Below are positions 26,058 to 38,551 of a stretch of 64,000 nt of DNA, piece after piece. The position numbers were made by a program, and so were the translations under genes. Source of the stretch: Chara braunii (Eukaryota > Plantae > Charophyceae); assembly GCA_003427395.1 (NCBI GenBank), contig BFEA01000034.1:2337491-2401490 (forward strand). Reading direction: 5' to 3'. A model generated the notes under the pieces. It did not search any database and was not told where the DNA came from. It saw nothing but the letters and a program-made list of their open reading frames with translations. How positions within the stretch are numbered: the stretch's first letter is position 1; each line of letters opens with the position of its first letter.

Positions 26058-26233
26058 TACTTGGGACTAACTTCTGACACTTGCTTGATAGTTAGGATTG
26101 AAGATAGTTTACACGATCCCCTTTCAAAAGATGGTATCGTGAGCTACTTGGGACTAACTTCTGACACTTGCTTGATAGTTAGGATTGAAGATAGTTTACA
26201 CGATCCCCTTTCANAAGATGGTATCGTGAGCTA
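26058..26233 (+). repeat. ~87-bp tandem duplication
   Basis: Two near-identical copies. One contains an N, so it may be an assembly artefact. Confidence 0.7.
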
Positions 26234-27369
26234 TCGTCAACTCTAACTTCAAGTACGGTCAGTCCTATCTTTATCCCAAACTCTCCCTCCTATCATCCAT
26301 CTCATCTACCTATGGCTCCAACACTTGGTGAGCATCTAAGCAGCTAACCTATCGAAAAAAGCCCCAGAGTGAGAGCCCACAAGCATGCATAAACAAACAT
26401 CTCTCACAATCCCACATTAGTTTGACCCAAGCAGTTCGTTATATCTCTCAGTTCCTTTCTATTTTAAGTCCCCCTTTCCTATGGCATATGGTCAGGCTCA
26501 CCCTAATTAAAGGGTATGCCCGACCTGCGTAAATAACAGATAAGGTACGCACATCTGGACTACCCCTAGGGTGTGCCCAATATAACATGAACTGTATACG
26601 TAAAGTATATAACCAGACCGCCCTAACCCTAGGGTACGTATGACTTCTGCCTAACTGACAATATGAAGCATAGGATTGGGCTGCCCTAACCCTAGGGTGT
26701 GCCCAGTGTGCCCTAAACAAAATTACATATGGCATAACATTAGACCATCCCTACCCAGGGTAGGCCTAACTTGCCTGAACATACGCATAAACGACAAAAA
26801 GTTGGACCGCCCTAACCCTAGGGTACGCCTAGTTAGCCATAACAGTTTAAGTTACATAAGGCAATGCGATTAGGCTGCCCTAACCCTAGGGTGTGCCTGA
26901 TCTGCCTAAACAAGTACAAAACAACAAAAAGTTGGACCGCCCTAATCCTAAGGTACGTCCAACTCACGAGACATTCACGACAAAGGCATATCGCTAGGCC
27001 GCCCTAACCCTAGGGTACGCCTAGTTAGTTATAACAACAATTAATATGATACAAATACTTACACAAACTTTATGTTTTTCCTTCTCTTGTTAGGCAGTCG
27101 ATCGGACCTCTCTAGTTAATGGAACTTCTGGTCCTCCCCTCATGTTTAAAGGGGAAAATAAAAACAAATTTATACTAACTCTCTACTCCGTAAGTTTATG
27201 AGCATACAACTGAACCGCCCTAACCCTAGGGTACGTTCAGTCTGCTCAGATACCTTCTTTTTATTCTTCATCATCTCCTTTTCTTCCTTAGTTCTACCTG
27301 ACTTACTGACTGGTTTTCCCTACCCAGGATGCCCGGTCAGTCAGAAGTATAAGTTCAATAATATATATA

Positions 27370-27636
27370 TGATGTTTTGCTGGCTTGTGATGGGGTGTGA
27401 ACCGACAGTCTGTAGAGTTTTCCATCTGGTGTGGGTGAGTGATAGTCTACTTTGATTTTGGTTAAGGTAGATTATCATTTACAGTGTAATCAGTGAGGGG
27501 ATTCTGCACACTGTTGAGGGTTCAGCCTCCTGATGAGTCGGTGAAACTCCGACGAAACAGTTTGTCACAGCCCCTCGTTTGTTGTCCTCTTCTCTCTCTC
27601 TGCCTACGGTTTACCGGGCAGTTCTGTTTGTGACGA
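27370..27636 (+). mobile_element. ~265-bp hammerhead-bearing insert in a (TA)n tract (Penelope-like pLTR or retrozyme-like)
   Basis: Flanked on both sides by (TA)n, interrupts the hairpin array, and is homologous to the reverse complement of about 22410-22580. Confidence 0.7.
27511..27560 (+). ncRNA. Type III hammerhead ribozyme
   Basis: CT-GTT-GAGG-gttcag-CCTC-CTGATGA-GTCGG-tgaaact-CCGAC-GAAACAG. All three stems are perfect, and stem III extends to GAGGGG/CCCCTC. Confidence 0.93.
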
Positions 27637-28095
27637 TATATATATATATATAAGATTTTATACTTTGGTTGACCAGTTAATTCATGGCTTATGGCTAAGC
27701 CGCCCTAACCCTAGGGTACGCTTAGTCTTATGCCTTTGTCTCCCTCAGAAGAAAACACGCACCTCAAACTCATTAAAAGAACACCAGGAATCTGAGTCTT
27801 CCCTACCAGGGTGTCCGTCCTCCTGTTCAGAAACCCTAAAAAAAAACAGCGACCGATCCATCCTACCCGGGTAGGACCAGCCAAAAAAGGGTAATTCACA
27901 CAGCCCAACAAACATCAATAAAACATAGCACTGAGCCCACATCCACCCGGAGGGGCTCATCCTTGGGTTGACCCGGTCAAAACGCATGCAAAATGCTTTT
28001 CTCCCGCCTTCCCCTAATTCATTCTGTCTGAATTCGCTCAAAGAATATCTGATTTTTCATATATACTTGTTGATTTAACCTTTTCAAAGCATGTG

Positions 28096-28126
<31 letters not shown>

Positions 28127-28179
28127 GGACCCGGTGCCCAAGGCTTGATATTACCAATAATAAGATTGAGGCCGGGGTC

Positions 28180-29560
28180 CTCACAGTCTACCCGAAGGAT
28201 GATGATCCTAATGATACTGATGATACCACAGATAATGATGCTAAAGAGACTAATGATTCAAATATATGAAAAAATATAAAAGATTATGCTATATCAACTA
28301 TTCTGGCCTCCTAATCCTAGAACAACTCCTAGCCCTCCCTGCACCAGAATACTGTACCTCAGAGACAAAACCAAACTACCCAACGCCAACCTTAGTTGAT
28401 CTCTTCTCGCCACCTTGCAGCCCGCCCGGGTTCACCACTGGAATGCCTTCCACCCTCAGCAAACCCCAGATCTCTCTACAAGGCCTCACACTTCTGCCAT
28501 TTGCAGGTTACAGGGCAACGCCTCAGCTCCGGCCAGCGTCGTTCTGACATCGGCAAACCAAGGGCACAGAACAGAGCAACTCAGTAGATATTAGTCCAGG
28601 TTCAATCATCTTTGAAGTTCTATATTCCGAATTTGGAAGAATACTAGATGCTGTCAAAATTTCAGAACACCAAAAAACTTAATATATCATTAATCAGATA
28701 ATGATACTAATGAATCAAATGATGTGATGATGATGATGATGATGATTTTGATAACGATGAGTATGATGATTAATAAATAGAAAAAATTGCAAATATAAAA
28801 GACTATGTTATAACAACACTTCTTGCCTCCTAATCCTCGAACCTTCCCAGCCCTCCCTGCACCAGGACATTTCATCTCCGAGACAATACCCTCCTTACCA
28901 ATGTCTACCATAGCTGACCTGTTCTCGCCACCTAGACTATCCCTGGCCCCATAGGTTGTCAAGGCAGCCCCCTCGGTTCGCCACTGGATTGCCTTCCTCC
29001 CTGGGCAAATCCCCAGATCTCTCTACAAGGCCTCACACTCCTGCCAAATTGTAGGTTACAGGGCACTGCCCCAACACCGGTCAGTGTCGTTCTGGCATCG
29101 CCAAACCAGGGGCAAAGACAAAGTAACTTTGTAGATATCGGTCCAGATTCAACCATCTCTAAAATCTCATTATCTCGATAAAGGAAGGAGGCCAGATACC
29201 GCCAAGAATTACAACACACCAGAAAGCATGATATAACATGGATGATGATGATGATGATTTTGATGATGAGATGATTCATAAAAAATCCCTACTCTCCTTC
29301 CTTATTCCATTCTCTCAACTCCCCTGTCTATCCCTTTACCCTAATCTGCCCCCGCTGGGATTTGATGCCCAGCCCCAGAAAAGAGTAATCCTCATAATCT
29401 GCCCATGCCCCCTCCAGGGTTTCACCACCCACCTAATGAAACCCCTGCAGAGCTGGGCTCTCCCCCTCCCCCTCACTAAAATGACATTCGCTTGGATTTT
29501 GTTGATGACGAAGAACAACACGCTGAAGATAAAGATAATGAGGAAGATAATGACGACCCT
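28180..29560. repeat. Two to three diverged ~530-bp units separated by (GAT)n
   Basis: 28300-28680 matches 28820-29225, for example CCCCAGATCTCTCTACAAGGCCTCACAC. Confidence 0.8.
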
Positions 29561-29619
29561 CTCACCTACTGATGCGAAAGGCGAACAATGTCTTGAAGAA
29601 CAATATCTAATAATAAAAA

Positions 29620-29740
29620 CTAATAATGATGATAACACTCATCATCATAATGATGAGTATATGATGACGATAATGCTGATGCTGATGCTGCTGCTGATGA
29701 TGATGATGATGATGATGCACCAATGATGATGATGCTCATA

Positions 29741-29777
<37 letters not shown>

Positions 29778-30190
29778 CGCACCAATGATAATGATGCTCA
29801 TAATGATGATGATGATGATGATGATGTGATGATGATGCTCATAATGATGATGATGATGATGACGCGCCAATGATGATGATGCTCATGATGATGATGATGA
29901 TGATGATGATAATGATGACGCACCAATGAAGATGCTCATAAAGATGATGATGATGTTAGTAATGCTGCTGCTGCTGATGATGATGATGATGATAATGACG
30001 ATGATGCTGATGATGACAATGATGATGATGAGATGATGATGATGATAATGATGATAACGATGATGATGACAACCGCCGATGATGATGATGATGATGACAA
30101 CGATGATAAAACCGAAGCTGGTGATGAAGATGCCCTCCTACGAGCTGATGATAAAGCTGTCGCTGACGAACATGCTGATGAAGAAGCCCG
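29620..30190. repeat. (GAT)n-rich simple repeat
   Basis: Direct observation. Confidence 0.95.
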
Positions 30191-33100
30191 CTTACTAACT
30201 GATGTTGTCCCGATAAGATGACGCAGAACCTTCCTTCAAAAAAAACGCACTGGATACGAGCCGAGAACCTGAATATCACTTCTCCCTCCATTCGACCTCC
30301 CATCTCATGGGACACACTGTACTCTCCTCCCTCTTGCTGCGAGCCGACCTCCTCCACCAAAATATGCAAGAAGAAGAGCACCAATGATTCTTTCTGAAGC
30401 AAGCTTCGCAAGAAAAACTTGTTCCCCCTTACACGGCATGCTAGCCCGTAGCATTCCTCGTGATAGGCACAAGACGGCGAGATGACACTATGAATGCTTT
30501 CAAATGTTAGGAGATAGAGAGGTGAAGTATTCACCCCCTCGATCATCTCACAGCTTCGCCCAGCATACCACGTTCATTGAAGATCCATCCCCCGCGCCAC
30601 TCAGCAATTTCCGACATGGCCACTCGACATCGCGAAATCTTCGATATCTCATGATCCACTGGACCATTTGATCTGAAATTTGGACCACCTCAGCCTCCTC
30701 GACATAGACCACCGGTGGTCCAATTTTCAGCTTAGGGCGCGCGCCCAATCGCACGCAATCGTCGAGCGCGCGCGCGCTATTTTCCTTGCTGTGTGCAGTT
30801 TTGCAGCGCGCGCGGCTCCTCTCCGTGGCGGTAACCTTGATTGATGATTGATGCTGCAGGGGCGCAGCGCTCCCGGTAGCGCTGCGCCCCCCACCGGTTG
30901 GCGGCCGTTCATTTTCAAAGCATCTCCTGACATACATAACAAAACAAAAAATAGTAACCTTTCATAGTCGTGTTCTCAGATAACCAAAGGAGTAATGTAT
31001 TTTTAGGGGGAAGGGATCACACTCATTAAATGAAGTTTATACCTGAAGTTCCCTGCCTCCAGAACCCCGCCTGAGCTCCGGCAGAGCTCCCGCAATCGGT
31101 GGGTGGACCTCTCACAAGGTCTTGTTGCGGTCCTACGGGTTGCAACCTCGCCTGCCGCCTTCCTCTTGTAACTTGAGACTAGACTTTAGAGTAAAAAGGA
31201 TAAAAGGCGGTAAGTCAGAATCTCGAGATCCAAGAAAGGGACAGACTCAACTCGTAGGAGAGGGCCTTGTTATCTTCAATCTCCTGTGGGTCCCGCAATG
31301 GTGGCCAAAAGGTCGCAATAAGATGCCCTAGTTGAAGCTGAGACGCAGAGCAACTACCCCTGAAGAACCTTCAGGTTGCTGCAGTAACCCCTGACACAGC
31401 CCATTCACTCCCTCAATCTGTTGTGCTGTTCCCTCCGACTAGATTGCTGCTACACAGCCTAGAAGGACAATGTTCGAAATAGAGCACAACCCCGTGCTCT
31501 ATTCAAAATGCAGCATTACACAGCGGAACGTAGTGGTACCACCCGCAGAGAACGCAACAAATGCACACTAGCCGCAATGATATTCAGTGGAAAGCGCATA
31601 GCAGCCACCGCGATGTTGCAAAGCACAATAATCAGCAGGCGAAGCCAGACAAAATGCTCAGTAGAACTCCGATCGAAAGTCCACTATGTACAGCGTCGTA
31701 CACAACAGAAAGCACAGCGAGTGAATGCGGTAACAAGCAGCAGCAGTTTGCGCAGGCCTAGTGTAGTAGAAAACACTGCAACAAGACAGTGATACTTCAA
31801 TGCACCTACAACAGTTACCTGTTATTTGTTGAGGGCAGCGGCCACGCTATCTTGACGCACATCCTCACCACCAATGTCACCCGCAATACTATCGTGACGC
31901 AAAAGTGAACTATCAAGAGAAAGCGTGAGGCAGTAGTGACTCATGAATCGGTGACGGCTCATGAAAGCTAAGTAATGGCAATCCCCTCAAAGATTTACCG
32001 CAGATCAGGGTCAATTCCGCAGCAACAGCATCACTGACCCCTACTGCCAACTAATTAGAGAATGAGTAAATCAGCCAACTAAAGTAGGTTCGGAGTCTCC
32101 ACAACAGCGACCTGTTGGGGTCACCAGCAATCATCGACACTTTCCCACGTCCACAGCCGCTCAAATCTGCCCCAAGCCTGAGACGAGAATAACCCTCAGC
32201 CGCAGTTCAGGAGGTAACTGGTTTGCATCTTGACCACCACAATCAGTCGACGCGGTCTCGCTCCCAAATGCTAAAGATCGACCAGATTTACTAGAGATCA
32301 AACGGGCATGTCTGTGAATCAACAACCTCATGTACAAATCAACTGAGTAGTCTGCCAATGTGCAATATCACTCCACCATCCTCCTCCCTGCTATCTTCAA
32401 CTTCTCTTTTCTCTTCAGCCTCACCACTTCCCTGTCATACCTCTTTCCCCCCCGTAATTCATGGCAATCGCCTTGGCACGATGAATACTACCTATGACGA
32501 CCCAGGAGGATCCAGCCAATTATCCTCATGGTCATTTTTCAAGCCGAGCAATAAACTTTACGCTGATGGAAAACCATGCCAAGGGGTTGAAATGAGACGA
32601 TAAGTTGCGCTCCAACACACACCTATTATGCAAAACAAGGATGGATCTTCCACTAAAATATGGGAAGATTCACTGCCAATTCTCATGACAGGTTAACGTG
32701 TTGTTTGCATCCGCAACTCGACTTTTGTTTCATCCCGCCTTTCCGGTCTTTGGTAAGTATCTCCTCTACCCTTCCTCTCCCTCCAAATCGTTGCAGAAGC
32801 TGCAGCATGAAAGTGTATGTCTACCAGATTCACTCGAGCCACGAGAGAGGGGATCGGATTATTCGCCAGAATGAGGATCGGTTGGGCGGAACGCGCCCCC
32901 ACGAAGATTATCGGAGAAAGGTGCAACAAACGAACACAAAAAGTAGTGCATAGTTCACAACCAATCAGATGGGCATGACGAAGAAGATCAGCATAACGAC
33001 CATTAACAACGGAACCACCAACTTCTGAAACACAGCAACTTCGATCACCTCTGCTACCAGTATCCCAACGGGTATGGCGACCATGATAGCAGGTGCTATG

Positions 33101-34869
33101 GCCACGTTAGTGACGAAGAATACGAGTTGCAGTCTTTTTTTCCTTCGTCAACTTCCTGCCCCTTTTTTATTTTGTTCATCTTCTCTCGTACCCCGCGCAC
33201 CCCTGTTTCTTTACTGCCCCAAAACTAACACTCCAACCCAGAATCTAACACCGCTATTCATCTCGTAATACTAAAGAACCCTGGAATCGAGTCTTTGTTG
33301 GCTTGATTCCACTAAGGAATGAGCGGGATATCTGCTTTTGCCCCGTCACATCCACTCTCTCTCGGCACCCCCGCGCACTCCTGTTCTCTTCTAACTCCTG
33401 TCCCTTTATACTAACGCCAAAACTAACATGACCATTGCACTCGCCCTGCCAAAAAACCCCAATTTCAACTTTTCACTCGCCCTGTTTCATCAAGAAACGG
33501 GTCAGATATCCCATTTTCTCCCTCGTTTTGCTTCTTCTCCCATCTCTACCGCGCACTCCCTCTTTCTCCTAGCTCATCTCCCAGACTCCCATTCATCTAA
33601 ACGCACAGCCGACTCAACCATTCAACTCGCCTATATAAAAAAAATCCCCACTTTGCTCCTTTTCTCGTCTAATTTCATTAAGAGTTGAGCAGCAGCTCCC
33701 TTCAGCATATCCATTTTCTGCCTTCTTTAGTTTCCCTCTCCCATCTTCACGTACCTGGACTGGATCCCGACCAGGTTCGTACACCTTCCTTCAACAGTTC
33801 TACTTCCTCTTTCTCTCACTCTCTGTAGATGATGTGCTCACCTTACCAGAGGAGGACAACTCCTAGGATGATAACGAAGAACATCAATTCGATAACGAAG
33901 AAAATCAATTCTATGGAGGTGGAGATCCGCCACGTTGAAGAAGAACTTGGTGAAGTGCAGCTTTGGTGGCTACTGTCCTCACCCCACCAATCACACGACT
34001 ATGAGAAAGATGCTCATCGGCATTTGAGCAATGTGCCCTGTTCTGTCACCAACAGAGCTGGTCGGCCCCAGCTATGGCCATCAAGGGTGCATGAGGAAGA
34101 CGCCCTACGTATACACCCATAAAATAGCTCAGCCAGGGAGCAACCTGCCCTCCACCAAATTCGCTACGAGAAAGTAAACTGAGGGAACCTCATCTTCGTC
34201 GGCCTCCAGCCTTTTCTACTCGAATTCTCTTTTATAACACAGCACTGGCCTTACTAACCTATCTGTCCGTCCAGACAGTTAACATCTACGGCCAGACTTT
34301 CAAGATCTCCCTACATGCACCTAGATGGGAACCTATGCAAAAAAAAACAAATGGACCTACGGACCTGCCCGTTTTCAAAAGAAACAAACACAAAAAAAAA
34401 CAAACAAACAAAACAGCTGGGCTAAAAGATCAGGCCCCGTGGCCCAAAACTTGGTGAGCCAAAAATACAAAATTTTGACCACGGAATCAAATCCGGCAAG
34501 GTCCAAACCAAGAAAACAGCAAACATGGTTGGGTATAGTCCCACATCAGTGTGTCCGTCTTGCGCAGTTGCCATGCTAATCTTCTTTGTACTGCTCCAAT
34601 TTTATCAGATGTCCCGAACCACTGCCCGGTAGGCCGAGCCCCAACTTACCATTGTGGGACTGACTGGTCCTGGGTAATTCATAATTATACTACACTAAAC
34701 ATCTGATTGTATCTTGATTCAAACTCCTGCCTGGATGTCAGCAGATCATGGTGTATCAACTGAGGTAGACCTGTTGGTGCTCTCTGCTGCCTGGAAACTA
34801 GTACCATCCTATTGCAGAGGTTGCTTCTCAAGGCTACAGCTCGGGGAATGACCAAGTCCCCGGATTTTT

Positions 34870-35114
34870 AATCACCTGCCCATGGCCTTGACTCAGGCGA
34901 CATAACCCCATAGATGGATGGTACTGAAGTGCGCAACCTCTGTTCAGCCATCGCGACTATTCTGAATCTACCACTAGTAAGAGAATGCAGGACCTGTTGT
35001 GCTGCACGCGGTGTGAGCCCCGGTGAAACAAGCCCCGCTGCTGATCTTGATAGTGGCAACATATATCCAAATGAAACTTTGAAGATTGAAGTGGAGAAGG
35101 GTTTCATGTGCACG
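34870..35114 (+). pseudogene. LSU rRNA-derived segment inside LTR
   Basis: TCACCTGCC...ATGGATGGTACTGAAGTGCGCAACC...GTGAGCCCCGGTGAAAC...GATCTTGATAGTGGCAACATATATCCAAATGAAACTTTGAAGATTGAAGTGGAGAAGGGTTTCATGTG follows LSU order. Homologous to the 10655-10945 segment. Confidence 0.8.
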
Positions 35115-35545
35115 AATGTGCGTTCTGCGCCGCCGCGGACCTCCCTACTTTACCCTGTGTCGCTCCATCCAGACACAGTTCGCATCTTTCTGGTCCCAAC
35201 CGGCGTACTCACACTCACCCCCTTCTCTGCAGATCGCGGCTGGTGGACATATGTGTCCGCAGAGGATTCCCGACAGTCAGGTTCCTTTCATGGGTCAAAG
35301 CAGCCACCGGCTCACGAACTCACTGCATTTCCGCGGTCAGTGTTTTATGACGGGTAAGATGGGGGAATCCCGCCAGCATCCCAAAACATGCCGGAGCCAT
35401 GATAATATTATCTGTGTCGTTCCATTTTTAACGAATGTCCCGAAGGACCGCGGCCTGATGTCGGCCTTGATTTATCAGCATTGGGCTACCCGGCCCTAGG
35501 CAATTCCAAAATATTTGGTTTTACTCATCAATCAAGTTCCACTAC

Positions 35546-35608
35546 CTGGGATCCGAACTCGGGCCTGCATTTCAACAGTTCAATGGTGTACCCACCGAGC
35601 TAGGCTCT
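35546..35608 (-). pseudogene. tRNA-like module inside LTR
   Basis: Minus strand TAGCTCGGTGGGTA...CTGTTGA...GAGTTCGGATCCC. Confidence 0.5.
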
Positions 35609-37059
35609 TGGGTTTCTGAGGCGGCCCGTCCCGATATCGGATTGCGTCCTAAAAAAAATGGGATAAGTAAAAGGGAATAAAATAATAATAATAATAAAAA
35701 TAGAAAGAGAGGCGAGGGGGAGAGGACCATTGGAACCCTGTCCTCGGCCCTGCCTAACGGGCCCGCTGCCGGACTCCCCGGCAAAACCAAGGGGTATAGC
35801 CTCGCGGAACCCTCAACCCCTTGGCTCTCCTGCGCTCCTTCGCTCATCTGCTGTTGGCCTTGATCACGCTATCTGCGTGCTGAAAGTCCCGTGCTGTAAC
35901 CAATAGGGCTAAGCCCAAGTCCGAGCCTAGCATGCGCGATTTTCCATATCAATAGTGTCTGCAGCCAGCCCGTGCCTGCAGGAAGCGAACCAAGGCCGCT
36001 GCTTGGCCTTCTTTCTAAACCTACGACCTCGCACGTGCGCCTTTGCTGCTTGGAACGCAAAGCTTTGCTAGGCTCACTATGCAATACTGCCCTGGCCATG
36101 CTGCGACCACGGGTCGAGGTTCTCATATCCCGCTACACTCGTCAAAAGAGCGCCCCGCTTATCGCCTTTGGGTCGAAAAGACCCCGGCTTGTGCTCATAC
36201 CGCACCCAGCTCATGCCGTCCTAGCTAAAGCTTGCCACGGCTTCTACTGCGGACAATACATCGTCAAACCTCAATGCCTGCACACTCCACACAACGCGGC
36301 CCCAAATGCCGCCTTTTGATAAGTCGAACGAAACTTTTCCTCTAGCCGTAGAGTCAATGTTAAATCTCGGAGTCGCCTACGACTTCGTCAGAGTGTGCGA
36401 GGTCGAGGCTCGTGCAGCGTTTGTCCAAGATTCTAGCTTATTTCTAACTTGGCCCCTCGAGCGGTGAATTAGTTTACCCCGCTCGGCTATCTAACTGAAC
36501 TAACGCGCGCGCACGAAGTGCACACTCACACACCCTCTGATTTCATCATGCGTGCGTCCGCCACTTTCGACTTATGAGAGTCAGTTGTGGTAGAACGAAA
36601 TACATGCTGCTCTCTCAAATATCATCAAAAATGTCCCTCCTGTGAGGTGCAAAAATACGCACGATTACCCTTGTAAGGGTATCTGTGCCGACACCGCGAT
36701 TTTCCCTGGGGGCTGGAGTGACGTCCAGCCCTCCTTAGCCACTATAAAACTGGCAGTTGTCCCCCAGCTGCCACACAAAGCACTCGCGTTGTCATTGAGT
36801 GACGTGCACACTCGAGTGCTGCTTGGCTGCTGGGAGGCTGCCAGAGGCAACGTGGGAGGAGGACTGAAGTTTTGCAGAGGAGCGAGAGGAGCTGGGCAAC
36901 CATAGCGAAGGCAGGGAACACTTTGTTCCCCTCCCCTCTGGCTGGTGCTGGTCCCACGGGACAGACCCAGGGACGCTGCGGGACTACGGCGGTGCGGCAA
37001 AGTGGAATTTGGGCCTGAGGCCCAAATTTACTAACTTTGGCCCGCCATTTTTCCACCAC

Positions 37060-37250
37060 GGTGGGGAAGTGCTGCCGAATTTCTACGGTGCCGTCACTAA
37101 GTTTGGTGGCTGTGGTGCGGGAGCGTTGTCGAATTTATGCGGCAGCGACATTAAGTTGGACGGCGGTGGTGCGAAAGCACTGTCGAATTTTTGCGGCAGC
37201 GGCACTGCGTTTGACTGCAGTAGTGCGGAAGCGCTGCAAAAGTTTTTACG
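37060..37250 (+). repeat. Four ~54-bp tandem units carrying the GGAAGYGCTGYCGAATTT motif
   Basis: Units at about 37063, 37118, 37172 and 37226. Confidence 0.7.
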
Positions 37251-38431
37251 ACGATACAAGATTTACGACAGTGACAGCAGTATTGGCGCAGTAAAGGTGC
37301 CACTGGAGAGGTGTATTTTGAGGTAGTGTGGACTTAACGGCGCAGTAACACGGTGACGGCGGAACCAATTGGCAGCAACACTTACTGAAAAGTAAGTGAA
37401 AGGGTGCTGTGGCGGGTGGTCGCAGCAAGAGAGTGGTGTCGATCACTCTGCTGACTACTGGGGACAACTACCTTCACATCAAAAGGGGCGTACTTCTACA
37501 CGGTCTTCTTGAGTGTGCCGTTCAACTTCACTCAAGGTCAGTGGACAGTCAGTTTGACTCAGACCCTTTCACGCCTGAGTGAACCCACACTTTGCTCGAC
37601 CCTGTTCTTTGAATGTTCATTGAAAGGTAGAGGAAAACGCGTGTTGGCGGGTGTGAATGTGAGTCTGATCTGAGTTTGGGTTTGCACTGTTTTTTTTGTT
37701 GAACTTGTCGTCTGATCTGACTACAGGTGTGGCTTATTGAAATGGAAGTGGGTCGACCTTGAAATGGTTAATGTTTGGTTGTTCTCACTTCTGCATACTT
37801 GTATGTATATGTCAAACCGAAAGAGGAAAGAAAACGACGAAAAATAAAGCGATCACTAAGAAGAAAAGTCTGAATGGACATAGACTTTCCCCAAGGTCAT
37901 CGCTTTCTTTCCCGAATGACCCTCGTCGTCTATGCCCATCCGTCTGAATGACTTTTTCCTTTTGTGATCATTATTCGTCTAAGTTCTCCTTGACGTCAGG
38001 CGAGGTCGTTTGTTCACCGTGATAAATTTCTTTCCTTTCTCTAGGAGGCATCTGAGTCAGGGGTTCGTTGCCTTAGGGGTCGGCCCTGCTATCGACTCGG
38101 AGTGGACCACTCTGCGGGGGGGTACCATACTGTTGTGGTGGAGCCAACTAGACTTCTTAGATTCGAGATTCTCTCGGGCGAGGACGAGGGGTATCCTAGA
38201 CCACCTCCTAGGGGAAGAATAGGCGTATATTCATGGAAAGGCCTCTAGAATTTCTTAGCGTCTCACGTAAAGGAGAATTGTTGTAGTATACCCTTATGGT
38301 GGTCATAGTAAGAGCCACTGGCGCATGGGGAACTGGTGCCATAAGCAGTCCAGTTCATGTGATACTAGTTTAAGCAGAGTGTAGTTAGGCGCTCTTATCG
38401 CGGATGATTGTGCAAGAAGAAACACGGACCG

Positions 38432-38478
<47 letters not shown>

Positions 38479-38484
38479 ACCACC

Positions 38485-38551
<67 letters not shown>

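Larger units (their letters stand above)
26490..27985. repeat. Array of ~15 hairpin units, core CGCCCTAACCCTAGGGTAC
   Basis: Examples: ACTGAAC-core-GTTCAGT, GTTGGAC-core-GTCCAAC, CTAGGC-core-GCCTAG, CTAAGC-core-GCTTAG. Period about 60 bp. Confidence 0.9.
28093..30911 (-). mobile_element. Poly(A)-tailed non-LTR retroposon derivative
   Basis: 12-bp TSD TTTTCAAAGCAT (28081-28092 and 30912-30923). T-tract at 28096-28122. Absent at the homologous position in sister LTRs. Confidence 0.8.
23486..36693 (-). mobile_element. Giant solo LTR (about 10 kb after removing nested inserts)
   Basis: Minus-strand start TGTCGGCACAGATACCCTTACAAGGGTA at 36693 and end ...GATGCGCTTGACA at 23486. TSD CCAC/CCGC (one CpG transition). 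Conserved family blocks are in collinear order. Confidence 0.85.

Noticed and set aside
29956-30546. His/Ser-rich 196-aa ORF and similar poly-K, poly-F, ER-repeat and Gly-rich ORFs elsewhere
   Set aside because: The low-complexity parts are translations of simple repeats, and no domains were recognised.
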